NCBI GenBank assembly: GCA_043228905.1
Contig: JBHGNT010000018.1
Coordinates: 5,456,001-5,520,000 of the forward strand
Origin: Azolla caroliniana
Taxonomy: Eukaryota; Plantae; Polypodiophyta
Direction of reading: 5' to 3'
Length of the DNA stretch: 64,000 nt
Below the pieces are notes generated by a model, which was not told the DNA's origin, did not search any database, and worked only from the letters and a program-made list of their open reading frames with translations. The position numbers and the translations under genes are program-made. Of the stretch, positions 1-10,691 are shown in pieces (the first letter of the stretch is position 1; the number at the start of each line of letters is the position of its first letter).

Positions 1-3000
1 TTAGACAACACTTGGTACTTCGATACCGGTGCCACGCATCATATGACAAATAATAAACAATCTATTAGAAATTATAAACCCTTATGAACACCAATTCTTG
101 TTTATTTGACAACAATGGAAGCCGAAATGCATTAGGAAAAGGGGATGCCAACCTTCTCCTACAAGAAAATCAACTCCTCATTGTAAACAATGTCTATTTT
201 GTTCCTGGAATTACAAAAAATCTATTATCTGTCTGTCAAGCAACCAAAAACGGTACATCCATAAAATTCGAAGAAACATATGCACAAATTAAGCATAAAA
301 CTCTTGGCGGATAGACAACTAAATACATCTATAAACACCTAGATGAAGGGTTATACCGCATTCCATGCAGACCCGTGACTACCACATTAGAAGCATACTA
401 TACATCGACAAACGAACAATTTCGTTTAACAAATTTGTGGCACCGTCGACTCGCACACACACATTTACAAGCAATAAAAACTATGCAACTACATAACATG
501 GCATTAGGCCTTCCAAAAGCCCATCTCACAAATCTGAAAATTTGTGAAGGGTGCATTCTTGGAAAAACGTCCGAACATAGTTTTCCATGCCGACAAACCA
601 CAAGGAGTCGACCACTGCAACTTGTCCACAACGATCTCTGTGGCCCTTTTCCTACAAAATCAATTAGTGGATCAGTATACTTCATAAGTTTTATTGATGA
701 CTACAGTAAATTCATTGTTATCACCTTCCTAAAAGCTAAAAACCAAGCTCTATCTGGATTCAAGAATTATCTCTCTCTTGCTGAAAATCTAACAAACCAA
801 AAACTTCAATTATTACAAACGGATGGAGGAGGGGAGTGCCAATCAAACGGATTCATAAATTTCTGCAAATCACAAGGAATCCACCATCGAAGGTCTATTC
901 CACACACACCTCAACAAAACAGTACTGCAGAAAGGAAAAACAGAAGCCTATTAAACGCTGCTCGCAGCATGTTACATGCTACAAAACTAGAATCGAAGTT
1001 CTGGGAAGAAGCCATTGCGATAGCTTGCTACATTCAAAATCGAATCTACCACCACTCCCTAGGCTTCCTTACTCCGTTTGAACTCTGGTATGGACATAAA
1101 CCTCATCTCCAAAACTTGAAAATATTTGGTTGTCTTGCATTTGCTCACATATCAGATACGAAAAGAAAGAAACTTGATCCAAAAGCTAAGAAATCCATTT
1201 TTGTTGGCTATGGTGATGCCCATGGCTATAAAGCCTACCGCTTATATGACCCAAACACAAACACATTCTTTTTTAGTCGAAGTTTCCTCTTTGATGAAGA
1301 TACAATTCTTCAACAACACAAATGTTCTACAACACTTTCACCAACAACAGAAAATAATCAGCACAATCAGGAGGTAGTCACTCAATGGCGGCTACAACTT
1401 GATGAAACCTACTCACATTATATGCACCAAGTTCCCATTACCACTGATCCTACACCGTCCTCTATCTCCTTCACCATAACGCCCCCCTCACATCACCCAT
1501 TCTCTTATGCTGAGTACAGCTCCACACACTCGGGCACCACCTCTAAACCATTACATAGTCCAAAATTTTCCTCTTTGCATCAAGAAAATAGAACCATGCC
1601 ACCTAACAAAGGTGCAATGAACAGTCACGACCTCATCCCACCACGACACGTAGGACACCGTGATCATCCTCATCCATCTGTGGTTGAAACAGAAAATTAG
1701 CAACATGAGACATCATCGCCATTCTCTAGCTCTACATCAAATTCACATGGCACACATGAACCCTTCATCCACGTTTACTCTCGGCAACCATCCACGCGTT
1801 CACATACAAATTCCAAGATAAATACTTCCCTTATAAAACTAGACTTCCCTAACACCCAACAATCACACACTTCTGACAACGATACTACACCCCCTAGACG
1901 CTTTAGACCACTATGTGACATCTACCAAGAATTGGACAACCTTGAGTGTCACTTTAGCAACCTTGATAATGGTCACACATTCAATCTTGACTAGGACAGT
2001 CCACATAACAATATCAAAGAACCCACTAACGTCGAAGAAGCACTTCAAAGCCCCAATGTTGATCACTGGATCAATGCAATGAAAAATGAAATGCACTCCC
2101 TCACAACAAATAAAACATGGGACCTAGTTAAAAAACCCACCGACCACAAAATCATTACATGCAAGTGGGTGCTCCGAATAAAACATGACCCCAAAGGACA
2201 ACTTGTGCGTTTCAAAGCTAGACTAGTTGCTCGAGGTTTTACACAAGTACCAGGAATAGATTTTACAGATACCTTCAGCCCCACACTTCGGATAACATTT
2301 TTTCGACTACTTGTGGCCATTGCTACAGCTCAAAAGCTTGAACTTCATCACTTGGATGTTCAAACCGCCTTCCTACATGGTGACCTTGAAGAAGAAGTCT
2401 ATATGGAGCAACATCCCTATTTCCAAAATACACAACTTCCAACCCACATCTGCAAATTACGAAAGTCAATCTATGGCCTACGACAATCACCTCGAGCCTA
2501 GTAGGCTAGTACTATCATCTCCATACTTTCTTAATTAAATGTGGATATAATAGACTTAAAAGTGAACCAAATATCTATTTTAGAAAATCGGCATCTAACT
2601 TCATCATATTAGGAGTCTATGTAGATGATTTCCCCTTGTTATCAAATTCTCTATCTTATTTAAATTTGTGTAAACAAGAGTTAAAATCAATCTTTCCTAT
2701 CACCGATCTTGGACCAATGAACTATTTTCTAGGAATAGAAGTAAAAAGAAATACAAGACTAAGACAAATATCAATCTCCCAATCTCAATACATCGATAAT
2801 ATTCTAAAACGCTTTGACATGGAACATTGCAAACCCGAATCTACCCCATTTCCTACCACACTTAAGTTGTCCACTCAAGATAGCCCAAAATCACCCATAG
2901 AAATCTATTGCAAGCAACCCAAGAATTAGCGACAACATCCATCACATATCTTTCCAGCATCATTTCTTAAGAGACATGATCGAATAAAGTTTACGCCAAC

Positions 3001-3110
3001 AACTCTGATGTGGGTAGATTTCTTAACAAAGGCAATAGCAAGTCACAAGCACTTACAATGTTGCAAAAACATCAGACTGCTTAATCACACAACTAGTAAA
3101 GATAAAAGCT
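1..3110 (+). pseudogene. Degenerate Ty1/Copia pol (protease, GAG-pre-integrase, integrase, RT, partial RNase H), 5' part outside window
   Basis: WYFDTGATHHM at the start; ORF 375-1700 LWHRRLAH..C..C, FIDDYSK, PQQN..AERKNR; ORF 2079-2501 KARLVARGF, DVQTAFLHG; YVDD near 2618; stops and frameshifts, deletion of RT C-term/RNase H N-term near 2905. Confidence 0.93.
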
Positions 3111-3141
3111 AGAAACTTAAATTATTTTCCTTAGGGAGGAG

Positions 3142-3489
3142 TGTTGGAGAATATAAGGAAAATAATATTATAAAATAAATAAATTGGAAAAATAAAAGTA
3201 TGATATGAAAAGTCATACCACAAACGGTTACAACTAAACAATTAAAGGACATACCTGTCCTATAAAGAGATATGCACACCTCTCTACAGATCAATAGATA
3301 AAAGGAATCAATTTCTGAATTAAAACAAATTTTATCTCTCTCTTTCTCTCTATCTCCCTCTCTTTGGTATTTTACGGAAGGAAGGCGATGAGGTGATTCC
3401 AAAGTTCCATGATTACCCATGATTACCTCTGTTGGCAGGATTGGCTTCCCTTAGAAGAACCTATTGCAGTCGTGCCTCCATATCTATCA
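3142..3489 (+). repeat. Putative 3' LTR of the Copia element at 1-3110
   Basis: PPT agggaggag (3133-3141) followed directly by TGTTGG; TATA-like ctataaa at ~3260; candidate end tatctatCA at 3489 (end uncertain, no second LTR in window). Confidence 0.6.
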
Positions 3490-3549
3490 TGTTGTTAGAC
3501 CTGCGAGTATGCTCCACAACGACTCCAGCTCTATTGACTTTGTTTGTGA

Positions 3550-3960
3550 CTAGGATAGAGAATCGGTCGTCCTAATAGTTCCTTGCTCCAGTTGCATGAA
3601 GGCGCCCGATTCATTGAATTGGGGAAAACCATGATTCCTGGTCCATTGTGAGCCATTGGGTTGCCGCCCATTAGACCTCTCCATAACCTCCACTCCGCTG
3701 CGAGCTAGTACCTGTAAACTTCGCTTCCATATTTTACTATGTGTGTACGCAAGACCATAAGTACTACTAAGATGATTCAGTCTCTTCACCACACAAGGGG
3801 CAAGTTGGCTCCAATCCACATTTGTTGCTCCATTCCCCGGTTGGAAGGACACCATGGCTAAGCAACTAGAAAAATGACTTCGTTTTTTGGGGGAGATTAG
3901 AAATCCATAATTTCTCCCAAAACCTATGCAAGAAGAAGTCAGGTACGTTTGTGTGACGCC
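3550..3960 (-). mobile_element. LINE ORF2 C-terminal relic (zf-RVT-like zinc finger)
   Basis: Frameshifted minus-strand translation FWEKLWISNLPQKTKSF..GVLPTGEW..CPLCGEETES..LWSC..IW matches the L1-type zf-RVT pattern. Confidence 0.75.
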
Positions 3961-4439
3961 CACCTATTTTTAATTGGGGTTTTGGCTGCCAGCTTTAAAA
4001 TAAAGAAATTAATATTAAAGGCCTAAAAACAACCCAAAAATAAAGTCAAAAAATAACACACACATACACACACACACAAGCAATTCTATAAAAGGTATAT
4101 AAAGAACTTAGAAGCCATTCAAGGTCTCATTCTAAATGTCGACATGGAATCACGCCATTGAAGTTCTCCGACTTCCTACCAAAACAAGCTTTAAAGCGGA
4201 AGAGATAGTCAAAACTTGCTACGAGAACAAGCTTTAGAGGAAGAGATATATGTACTAGAGTTGGCGCCGATCAAACAAGCTTCATATTGATTTCGCCAAT
4301 CATGTTCAATCATTATGGTTAACCAAGGACATGGTTGTGCTCAACGCAATAAAAGGGAGATGTTTTATGTAATCAAGCATTTGAGATTAAGAACAAGAAT
4401 ACGCTCTAAGATATTAACCATTTGATGGTAGTAATGGTT

Positions 4440-4848
4440 GATTCATCAAAAATTACACTTCAACTAAAAATGAATTTATTTCATGTCTCATCATAGAGTT
4501 CGTAAGCTTTATATCCATGAGCGTGACCGTGTCTGACAAAGATTGTTTTGTTTGCCAAAGCATCTAGTTTGTTTCTGTTCTTCTTATGCACATGTGTAAG
4601 GTAGAATATCCACAAAAAAATTATTTTAATTGTGACTTTGTTACACGCCGTAATTCACATGCTATCGTTAATCCCATTGACCAATGATAAACTCGTATTT
4701 GTTGATAACATGTTGTCAAGACAACTTCATCCCAGAATTAGGTATATTGACGACTTGGAGCATACCTCAAGGGGCATTGAGGGGACTTCTATTTTTTCAT
4801 TCAGATACTCTATTTTGTTGTGGAGTGTGAGGTGTGGAAATTCCACGG
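4440..4848 (-). pseudogene. Old Copia integrase relic, part left of the Gypsy insertion
   Basis: Minus strand PHTPQQN..KNRS, KLD..IFV..HGYKAY.LYD..F.FS.SVIFDE; similar to the element at 375-1700. Confidence 0.8.
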
Positions 4849-5326
4849 TGTCGAAAAGAAAACCGTCCCTAGGCGGAAACCGAGTTCAGCATGTGTAAAC
4901 CGGCCCTTACACGCGAGCACACTTTTCGTTGTATGGTAAGTAGGTAGGTACAAGTCGGATGAGGTGAAATCCTAGGTAGCGCGCATTTAATAGGGAGAGA
5001 ATCGAGTTGTATCTCTGTTCGAAAGGATAGAGAATTAATATGATGTAACGGATGATAACAGCCTCCCTCCTTGGGCTATAAAAGAGAGGGAGAGGAAGGA
5101 GAGAGGGGATCACGCGTTAGAGAGGAGGAAGTGCTACCGAACTGGGACCGAGCCCTTCTCCTCTGCCACTCTCCATAGCCATTTTTGCGCAGGTTTTCGG
5201 GAGGCTTACTCTGCTCCGTGGAACGCCCGTGTGCTTCCGACAGAGTCTCTATCTCACTCTTCTGTGTGTGTGAGTGAACAGGCGTCGGTGTTCGCCTTGC
5301 TAGCCAGTTAGTTGTAACCGTCTCGG

Positions 5327-5357
<31 letters not shown>

Positions 5358-5561
5358 TTATATACATACGTGTTCATATACTCGGACTTCGAGTCGTCCT
5401 GTTTTGCTGTGTTGTTGGACTGTGATTCCTATGTGCTCCCGTGTCTATGCGTGTGCAAGTGCGTCCGTTGCCTTTCCGCTGTCCTCCTTCTCAGCTATTT
5501 CTCGTTCCAAGACCCTGGTGGTCCCGCCTCGTTCCTCACGCACACGCGTAACAACGCAACA
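4849..5561 (+). repeat. Gypsy 5' LTR (713 bp)
   Basis: TGTCG...GCAACA; direct repeat of 28642-29344; TATA ctataaaa at ~5076; (TA)n at ~5327. Confidence 0.93.
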
Positions 5562-5565
5562 TATT

Positions 5566-5583
5566 TGGTGAACCCGACGTGAA
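5566..5583 (+). promoter_or_regulatory. Primer binding site complementary to tRNA-Trp
   Basis: TGGTGAACCCGACGTGAA is the reverse complement of the plant tRNA-Trp 3' end (..TTCACGTCGGGTTCA-CCA), 4 nt after the LTR. Confidence 0.85.
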
Positions 5584-6755
5584 GAGGCGGCAAAGGAATA
5601 GAAAGATGAGGGGGTCGGATCTCGCGGAAGCCATGGCATCGGTTGTGGATCGGATAGTAAGTACACGCGAAGGCACAGGCGCCCTCGATAGGGCTATTGA
5701 AGCGGTCGTCTGCACGATAGGCCGGTTCAGTGGGAAGGACGCCACGAGCTATTTGGAGGCCTACTGGGCCGAGATGGTAATGAGAGACATTCCGGAAGAA
5801 AGGCGACTGACCGGATTCCCTCGGGTGGCGATGCTGGGCATCCATGTGGAGGTGCTCGAGGTACGGGCTGAGAGCCGAACCTTTGAAGAGTTTGAAGGTC
5901 GGCTCCTTGAAAAACACGGGCTTGATGATGCGCTTCGGCTCTCGAAACGGGACTTCATGGAATGGGTAGAGACCCCCGAAAAGGGGAGAAATGCGTTGGT
6001 GCTCTTCCGGGTGTTTGAAGAACACTTCGCGTGTCTTTCGGCACTCGACCGGACCTTACTTGACACAAGTCGCGTCCTGTTGTTCGTTAAGTCAGTGGAT
6101 GCGAGGGGCCGGGAGCAAGTGGGTCTCCTACTAGAGACAGATGACGGGCTGACGGCCGACGGGGCCGTGGTGAAGAGAGTCTGTGGCCGTTTCGACAAAC
6201 GGTGAGATTGGGTTGATAAAGGGTCAACAGGGGCGGGCTCTGTAGCAGCAAAGAAACTCGATCCAACCCCACCAGCGTGAACGGAAGAGACCCAAGACTA
6301 GCTCGAGACCGAATCGACTTTGACCGGCATGGTCAAAGGTTCATCCGGAGGAGCATCTCTAGAGGAGATGACTAGGATGGTAAAGGACCTCCTGATTGCA
6401 CAGGCACGGAGGGACGGCGGTGAACAGGCCCGTGACCGAAGGCCTCTAGCTGGAAACCAGTGTTTGTGGTGCGACGCGGTCGGCCACGTCCGAAAGGACT
6501 GCGGGGACTTCGCCGAGGCAATGAGAGCCAACGTGGTGTACCTATGGAACGGTCAGGTGCACGCTAGCGAGAGCCAAAGGGCCCTAGACTTGAATCTTGG
6601 ATGAGGGGGTATGAAACGGCTAATGGAAGAAGCGGCGGCTCGCCACGCGGAGACCGTCCACTACTCGGCATCGGTTGGGATCCGTGTCAGAGGTGGTGAG
6701 GCCCGGAAGACGAACGAAGCCGGATTCTGGCCGCTGATGCTGGAAGGCCTCGCCG

Positions 6756-7953
6756 GCACACGGCTAAGGAAAGACGAAGATGACCGCACGGAAAAGCGGG
6801 TCCGGGAGGCAACCGGGTGGAGTGACCCGGTCGAAGAGAAGACGGGCTTTGTTGAAGCCGCATGCCAGAACTACGAGGCTCTGGTGGAGGACAAGCGAGT
6901 AGGTAAAACCGGAGGGGCCGGGCCCTCGCAACGGTACAATCCAGTTTGAGAGCTACGAGCGGTCCCGGGTTCGGGAAGAAAAAGCACGGGAAGCGGCAAC
7001 GGTTAACCTTAGTGATGAGGAACTGTCGTCGGATGAGGGCCAGGCCGGAACCAGGCAACCGGAGACCACTACGACGGAGGGAGCAACAACGGTAACGCCG
7101 GTGTCAGAGCAACAAACGGAGGAGCAACCGCAGCAGCCACCAACGGACCAGTCGCAGCAGCCATCAACGGAGCAGCAACAACAACAACAACAACCACAAC
7201 AACAACAACAACAACCAATTCCAAATGAACCATTGGAGACTCTCGAACAAAGCATTATGGATATTTTGGACGAAGAATAGCAAGGGTCGGATGGTGGATT
7301 TGACGTACAAGGTACTGTCCCACGGGCGTGCCATGTGTTACCGGCCGGCTAAGGAGTCCAGAGTGTGAAACGAAGGAGTTATTTAATTATTAAGGAATGG
7401 TTGTAAGTGAGCTATTAGTGTGGACGGACGGACCGGAATCGGTATGCCATTCTGGATCCGGACCGATCCCGAACAGGTGCGGATGGCACCGTTTTGTACT
7501 ACAAACCGGAAACCTATTTAAAGGCCCGGGTACAATGTAATGTGGAGCGGATAATTAATGAAGCTTAGTGTTTTTTATCTCTTTGTGTTAATTGCCGTTC
7601 TGCATTCATTGTTATATCTTACGCGTGTGATTATTAAGGACGATCTTGCTAAGTAACCTAATTAAGTCGGATCAATCGTTGAGCCTAATCCTCTTGCCGT
7701 AACACCCCTTTGGTGAAGTGTCTTCCGTAGACACCCTGTGTTAGGCCATTGTCTGGCCCTAAGAGTTAACAGTGCACAGCTAAGGAAAGACGAAGCGGAC
7801 CGCACGAAAAAGTGGGTCCGGGAGGTAACCGGGTGGAGTGACCCGGTCGAAGAGAAGACGGGCTTCATTGAAGCCGCATGCCAGAACTACGCGGCTCTGG
7901 TGGAGGACAAGCGAGTAGGTAAAACCGGAGGGGCCGGGCCCTCGCAACGATAC
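6756..7953 (+). repeat. 182-bp direct duplication of gag (6756-6937 and 7772-7953)
   Basis: Both copies encode RKDE.DRT.K.VRE.TGWSDPVEEKTGF.EAACQNY.ALVEDKRVGKTGGAGPSQRY. Confidence 0.92.
6940..7771 (+). mobile_element. 5'-truncated second LTR element: acidic/Gln-rich ORF tail, PPT and one ~470-bp LTR (7301-7771)
   Basis: ORF end ..QQQ..LEQSIMDILDEE* at 7280, purine-rich tract 7282-7298, TG at 7301, TATA-like ctatttaaa at ~7514, ends gttaaCA at 7771 exactly where gag resumes. Confidence 0.65.
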
Positions 7954-8738
7954 GACAACCGATTCGGTCAAAGGCAAAATGAGGCCGGTGCAACCGGCGC
8001 ACCGGATAAAGCCAAGAAGGCCGAATACCGGTTGAGCACGGAAATCGAAAGGACCATGGACCTGTGAAAGGTCCTAGAGGAACGTATCCTTGACAGCAAA
8101 GTGGAGATGTCGCTGAGGGAAGTGCTAGGGATCGCCAAGAAGGAGTTCCACGACTCCATCGTAGACTTGGTGAAGAGGAAGAGGTTGTCGACAGAGCCAG
8201 AGCTGGAGAAGCCGGTGGAAGTGCGAACGACGCACATAGAGGACATGGCGCTAGAAGACGAGTTGGCGGAGAGCCACTATTCGAGGCCGCATTGGGCCAG
8301 AGCGACCACGGAGACCCCTATCAAGGTCGGGGATGTCCAGGAGCCGGTGGTGGCGTTGGTGGACCACGGTTCGGAAATCAACTTGATGTCCATGGACTTC
8401 TACAAAAAGGGGAAATGACCGATCAACAACAAACACGGCTAGAAAGTACGGGCAGTGACTCGCGCCACGGAAGAACTACATGGAGCCTGCACGAACGTAC
8501 CGATGAAAATCGGCGATGTCGAGATCGACTAGCACTTCTTCGTGCAGGAGACGTCCTCACATCTGGTTATACTAGGAGAACCATACATCACTGCGGCACG
8601 GATGGAGACCAAGGTGCTGGACAACAGTTCGGCCTATGCAAGAGTCAAGAGCCAGGATAGGCGTCACTCGGTCCAGTTCCCGACGGTGCGACCAAACCAT
8701 GTGCGTAACCGCGAGACCCTCCGTGGCGAAACCCGAGG

Positions 8739-10053
8739 GGATTTTTAGAGAGGGCTATCAAGGCGTGGGGCCACGATAGTCCGGACACCCCGGAAAAACC
8801 TCACAAATGTATAGTAGGGAAGAAGACCTGTACCATAGGTAGGAAATTTTGGTTCTCCGACAACGGAGGTTGTACTATGGCCGGTGTCAACGGCCGGGAA
8901 AGGAAGCGAGCGGAGGAGCGGCTCAGGAGATGCGGAGTCCTCTCCCCCGACGAAGGGATCAGCGACGCCGTGGAGGCGGTCTCTTTTGACGACACCTTGG
9001 GCGAGTTGTGAAAGGTGATCGGTGAGGACCTTAGAGAAGACCGGACCGTTCTGGTAGGTTCGATGGGAATGTACGAAGTCATTGCAGACTTCGGGGAAAG
9101 GATCGGGTCGGATCTGACGGCCCGCGTGGGTACAAAGTACAAGACTGTGGACCGGAAGGTAAAGCCGGTCGCGGCACCCTTGCCGGAGGGCAGCGAGGAG
9201 CGGATAAAAGGGGTCGCGTCGGACCCAAGTTTACGGAATCCGGCTGGCATAGGGCACCGGTTCACCGACATAACGCTACAGGAGCTCAAGGTCGGTGGGG
9301 GTGGCTTTCTACTGCCGGCGGAGGAGGACAGGTTTCGGAAAATGCTCGAAAGGCATGGGAAAGCCCTCGCATTCTCGCCGGAGGAGATCGGGTGCGTGGA
9401 CCCGACGATCGCCGAACCGATGGTGATCTTCATGGTACCGCATGTACCGTGGAATCTCAAACCGATTCCAGTGTCGAGAGCTCACATCCCAAAGTTGATG
9501 GAGCTTCTGAAGCAAAAGGTGGAGATGGGCATCCTCGAACCGTCGAGTGCCCCGTATTCGAATCGGTGGTTTACGGTGCCAAAGAAGAACGGCACACTGC
9601 ATTTCATTCAAGGCCTGCAACCGGTCAACAGGGTGACCATCCGTAATGCGGGAATCGGACCGACCATAGACGAGTTTGTGGAGGCCTTCGTTGGGAGGTC
9701 GATCTATTCAGTCGGTGACTTATACTCGGGGTACGACCAGTTCCAGCTAGCCATGGAGAGCAGGGATATCACGACGATGCGAACCCCTCTCGGCCTAGTA
9801 CGGATGTGTACCCTACCATAAGGCGGGACGAACTTGGTGGCGCATATGGTGAACGCAATGAACAAAGTGCTGAGGGATTGCATCCCGGACATCACCATGC
9901 CATTCTTGGACGACATCCCGATAAAGGGTTGTCCGGTGGAAGATGCGGACGAGACTACCAGGCCGGACAGATGCCGGAGGTTCGTCGTGAACTACATCAA
10001 CGACTGCGAGAAGGTGCTGCAAAGGCTCGAGAGCGCACGACTCACCTTCTCCG
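8739..10053 (+). pseudogene. Gypsy pol segment 1 (RT N-half)
   Basis: YKTVDRKVKPV, APYSNRWFTVPKKNG, DLYSGYDQ, FLDDIPIKG; cut by Copia A. Confidence 0.9.
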
Positions 10054-10662
10054 TGTTGGGATTTCGGTTCCTTTCGGATGGGATGGTCGGATATCGGAGA
10101 TGAATGCCGACAAGCCCGGTTTCGGTTTCGGATCCGGATGACGAAGACCCCGGTTTCGGTACCGGATGACGAATGTACCCGGAGAGCGATCCGGATGCAG
10201 GGACATATCCGTGAATATGTTCGCCATAGGCCCCTGAGGCCACAGTTGTAAATAGCCCCAAAGTCATATGTGTATAAATATGACTTAGGGCAAACAGTTT
10301 TGTTGTTGCTTCTCATTTTTCTGTTTTTCCACTTTAGAGGAGTGAAGAGAGAGCAGCCGTGAGTGTGAGAGAGAGAGATAGAGCGTGAGAGAGGAAGAGG
10401 TCGACGCCTCTGTGTAATACCGCCGCCTGTGGTGAAGAAAGCGAGCTCAAGGTCGTTGCCTTGCAGCTCGCCATTGTATATTTCTCTGTGCATAGTTTGG
10501 TTTGGAGTCTCGCACTCCCGTGGTTTATCCCGTATAGGGTTTTCCACGTTAATCCCTGTGTATCGTGTCTTTCTCAGTATTTCCTATTTTCTGCTCCATT
10601 GATTCGCGATTCCTCGGTTGTGGCCGAGTGAAGAAGGTGAATAGAAGGGTCTATTCCTTACA
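10054..10662 (+). repeat. Copia A 5' LTR
   Basis: TGTTGGG...CTTACA, repeat of 14779-15387. Confidence 0.96.
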
Positions 10663-10691
10663 AACTGGTATCAGAGCGACTGTTGCAGAAA

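Larger units (their letters stand above)
5606..8748 (+). pseudogene. Gypsy gag-protease (interrupted at 6938-7953 by insertion plus duplication; several stops)
   Basis: Gag-like ORF from ATG 5606; zinc knuckle CLWCDAVGHVRKDC; protease ALVDHGSEINLM; ends GGATTTTTAG at 8748. Confidence 0.85.

Noticed and set aside
6953-7255. Cys-rich metallothionein-like ORF
   Set aside because: It is the antisense reading of a (CAA/CAG)n Gln tract
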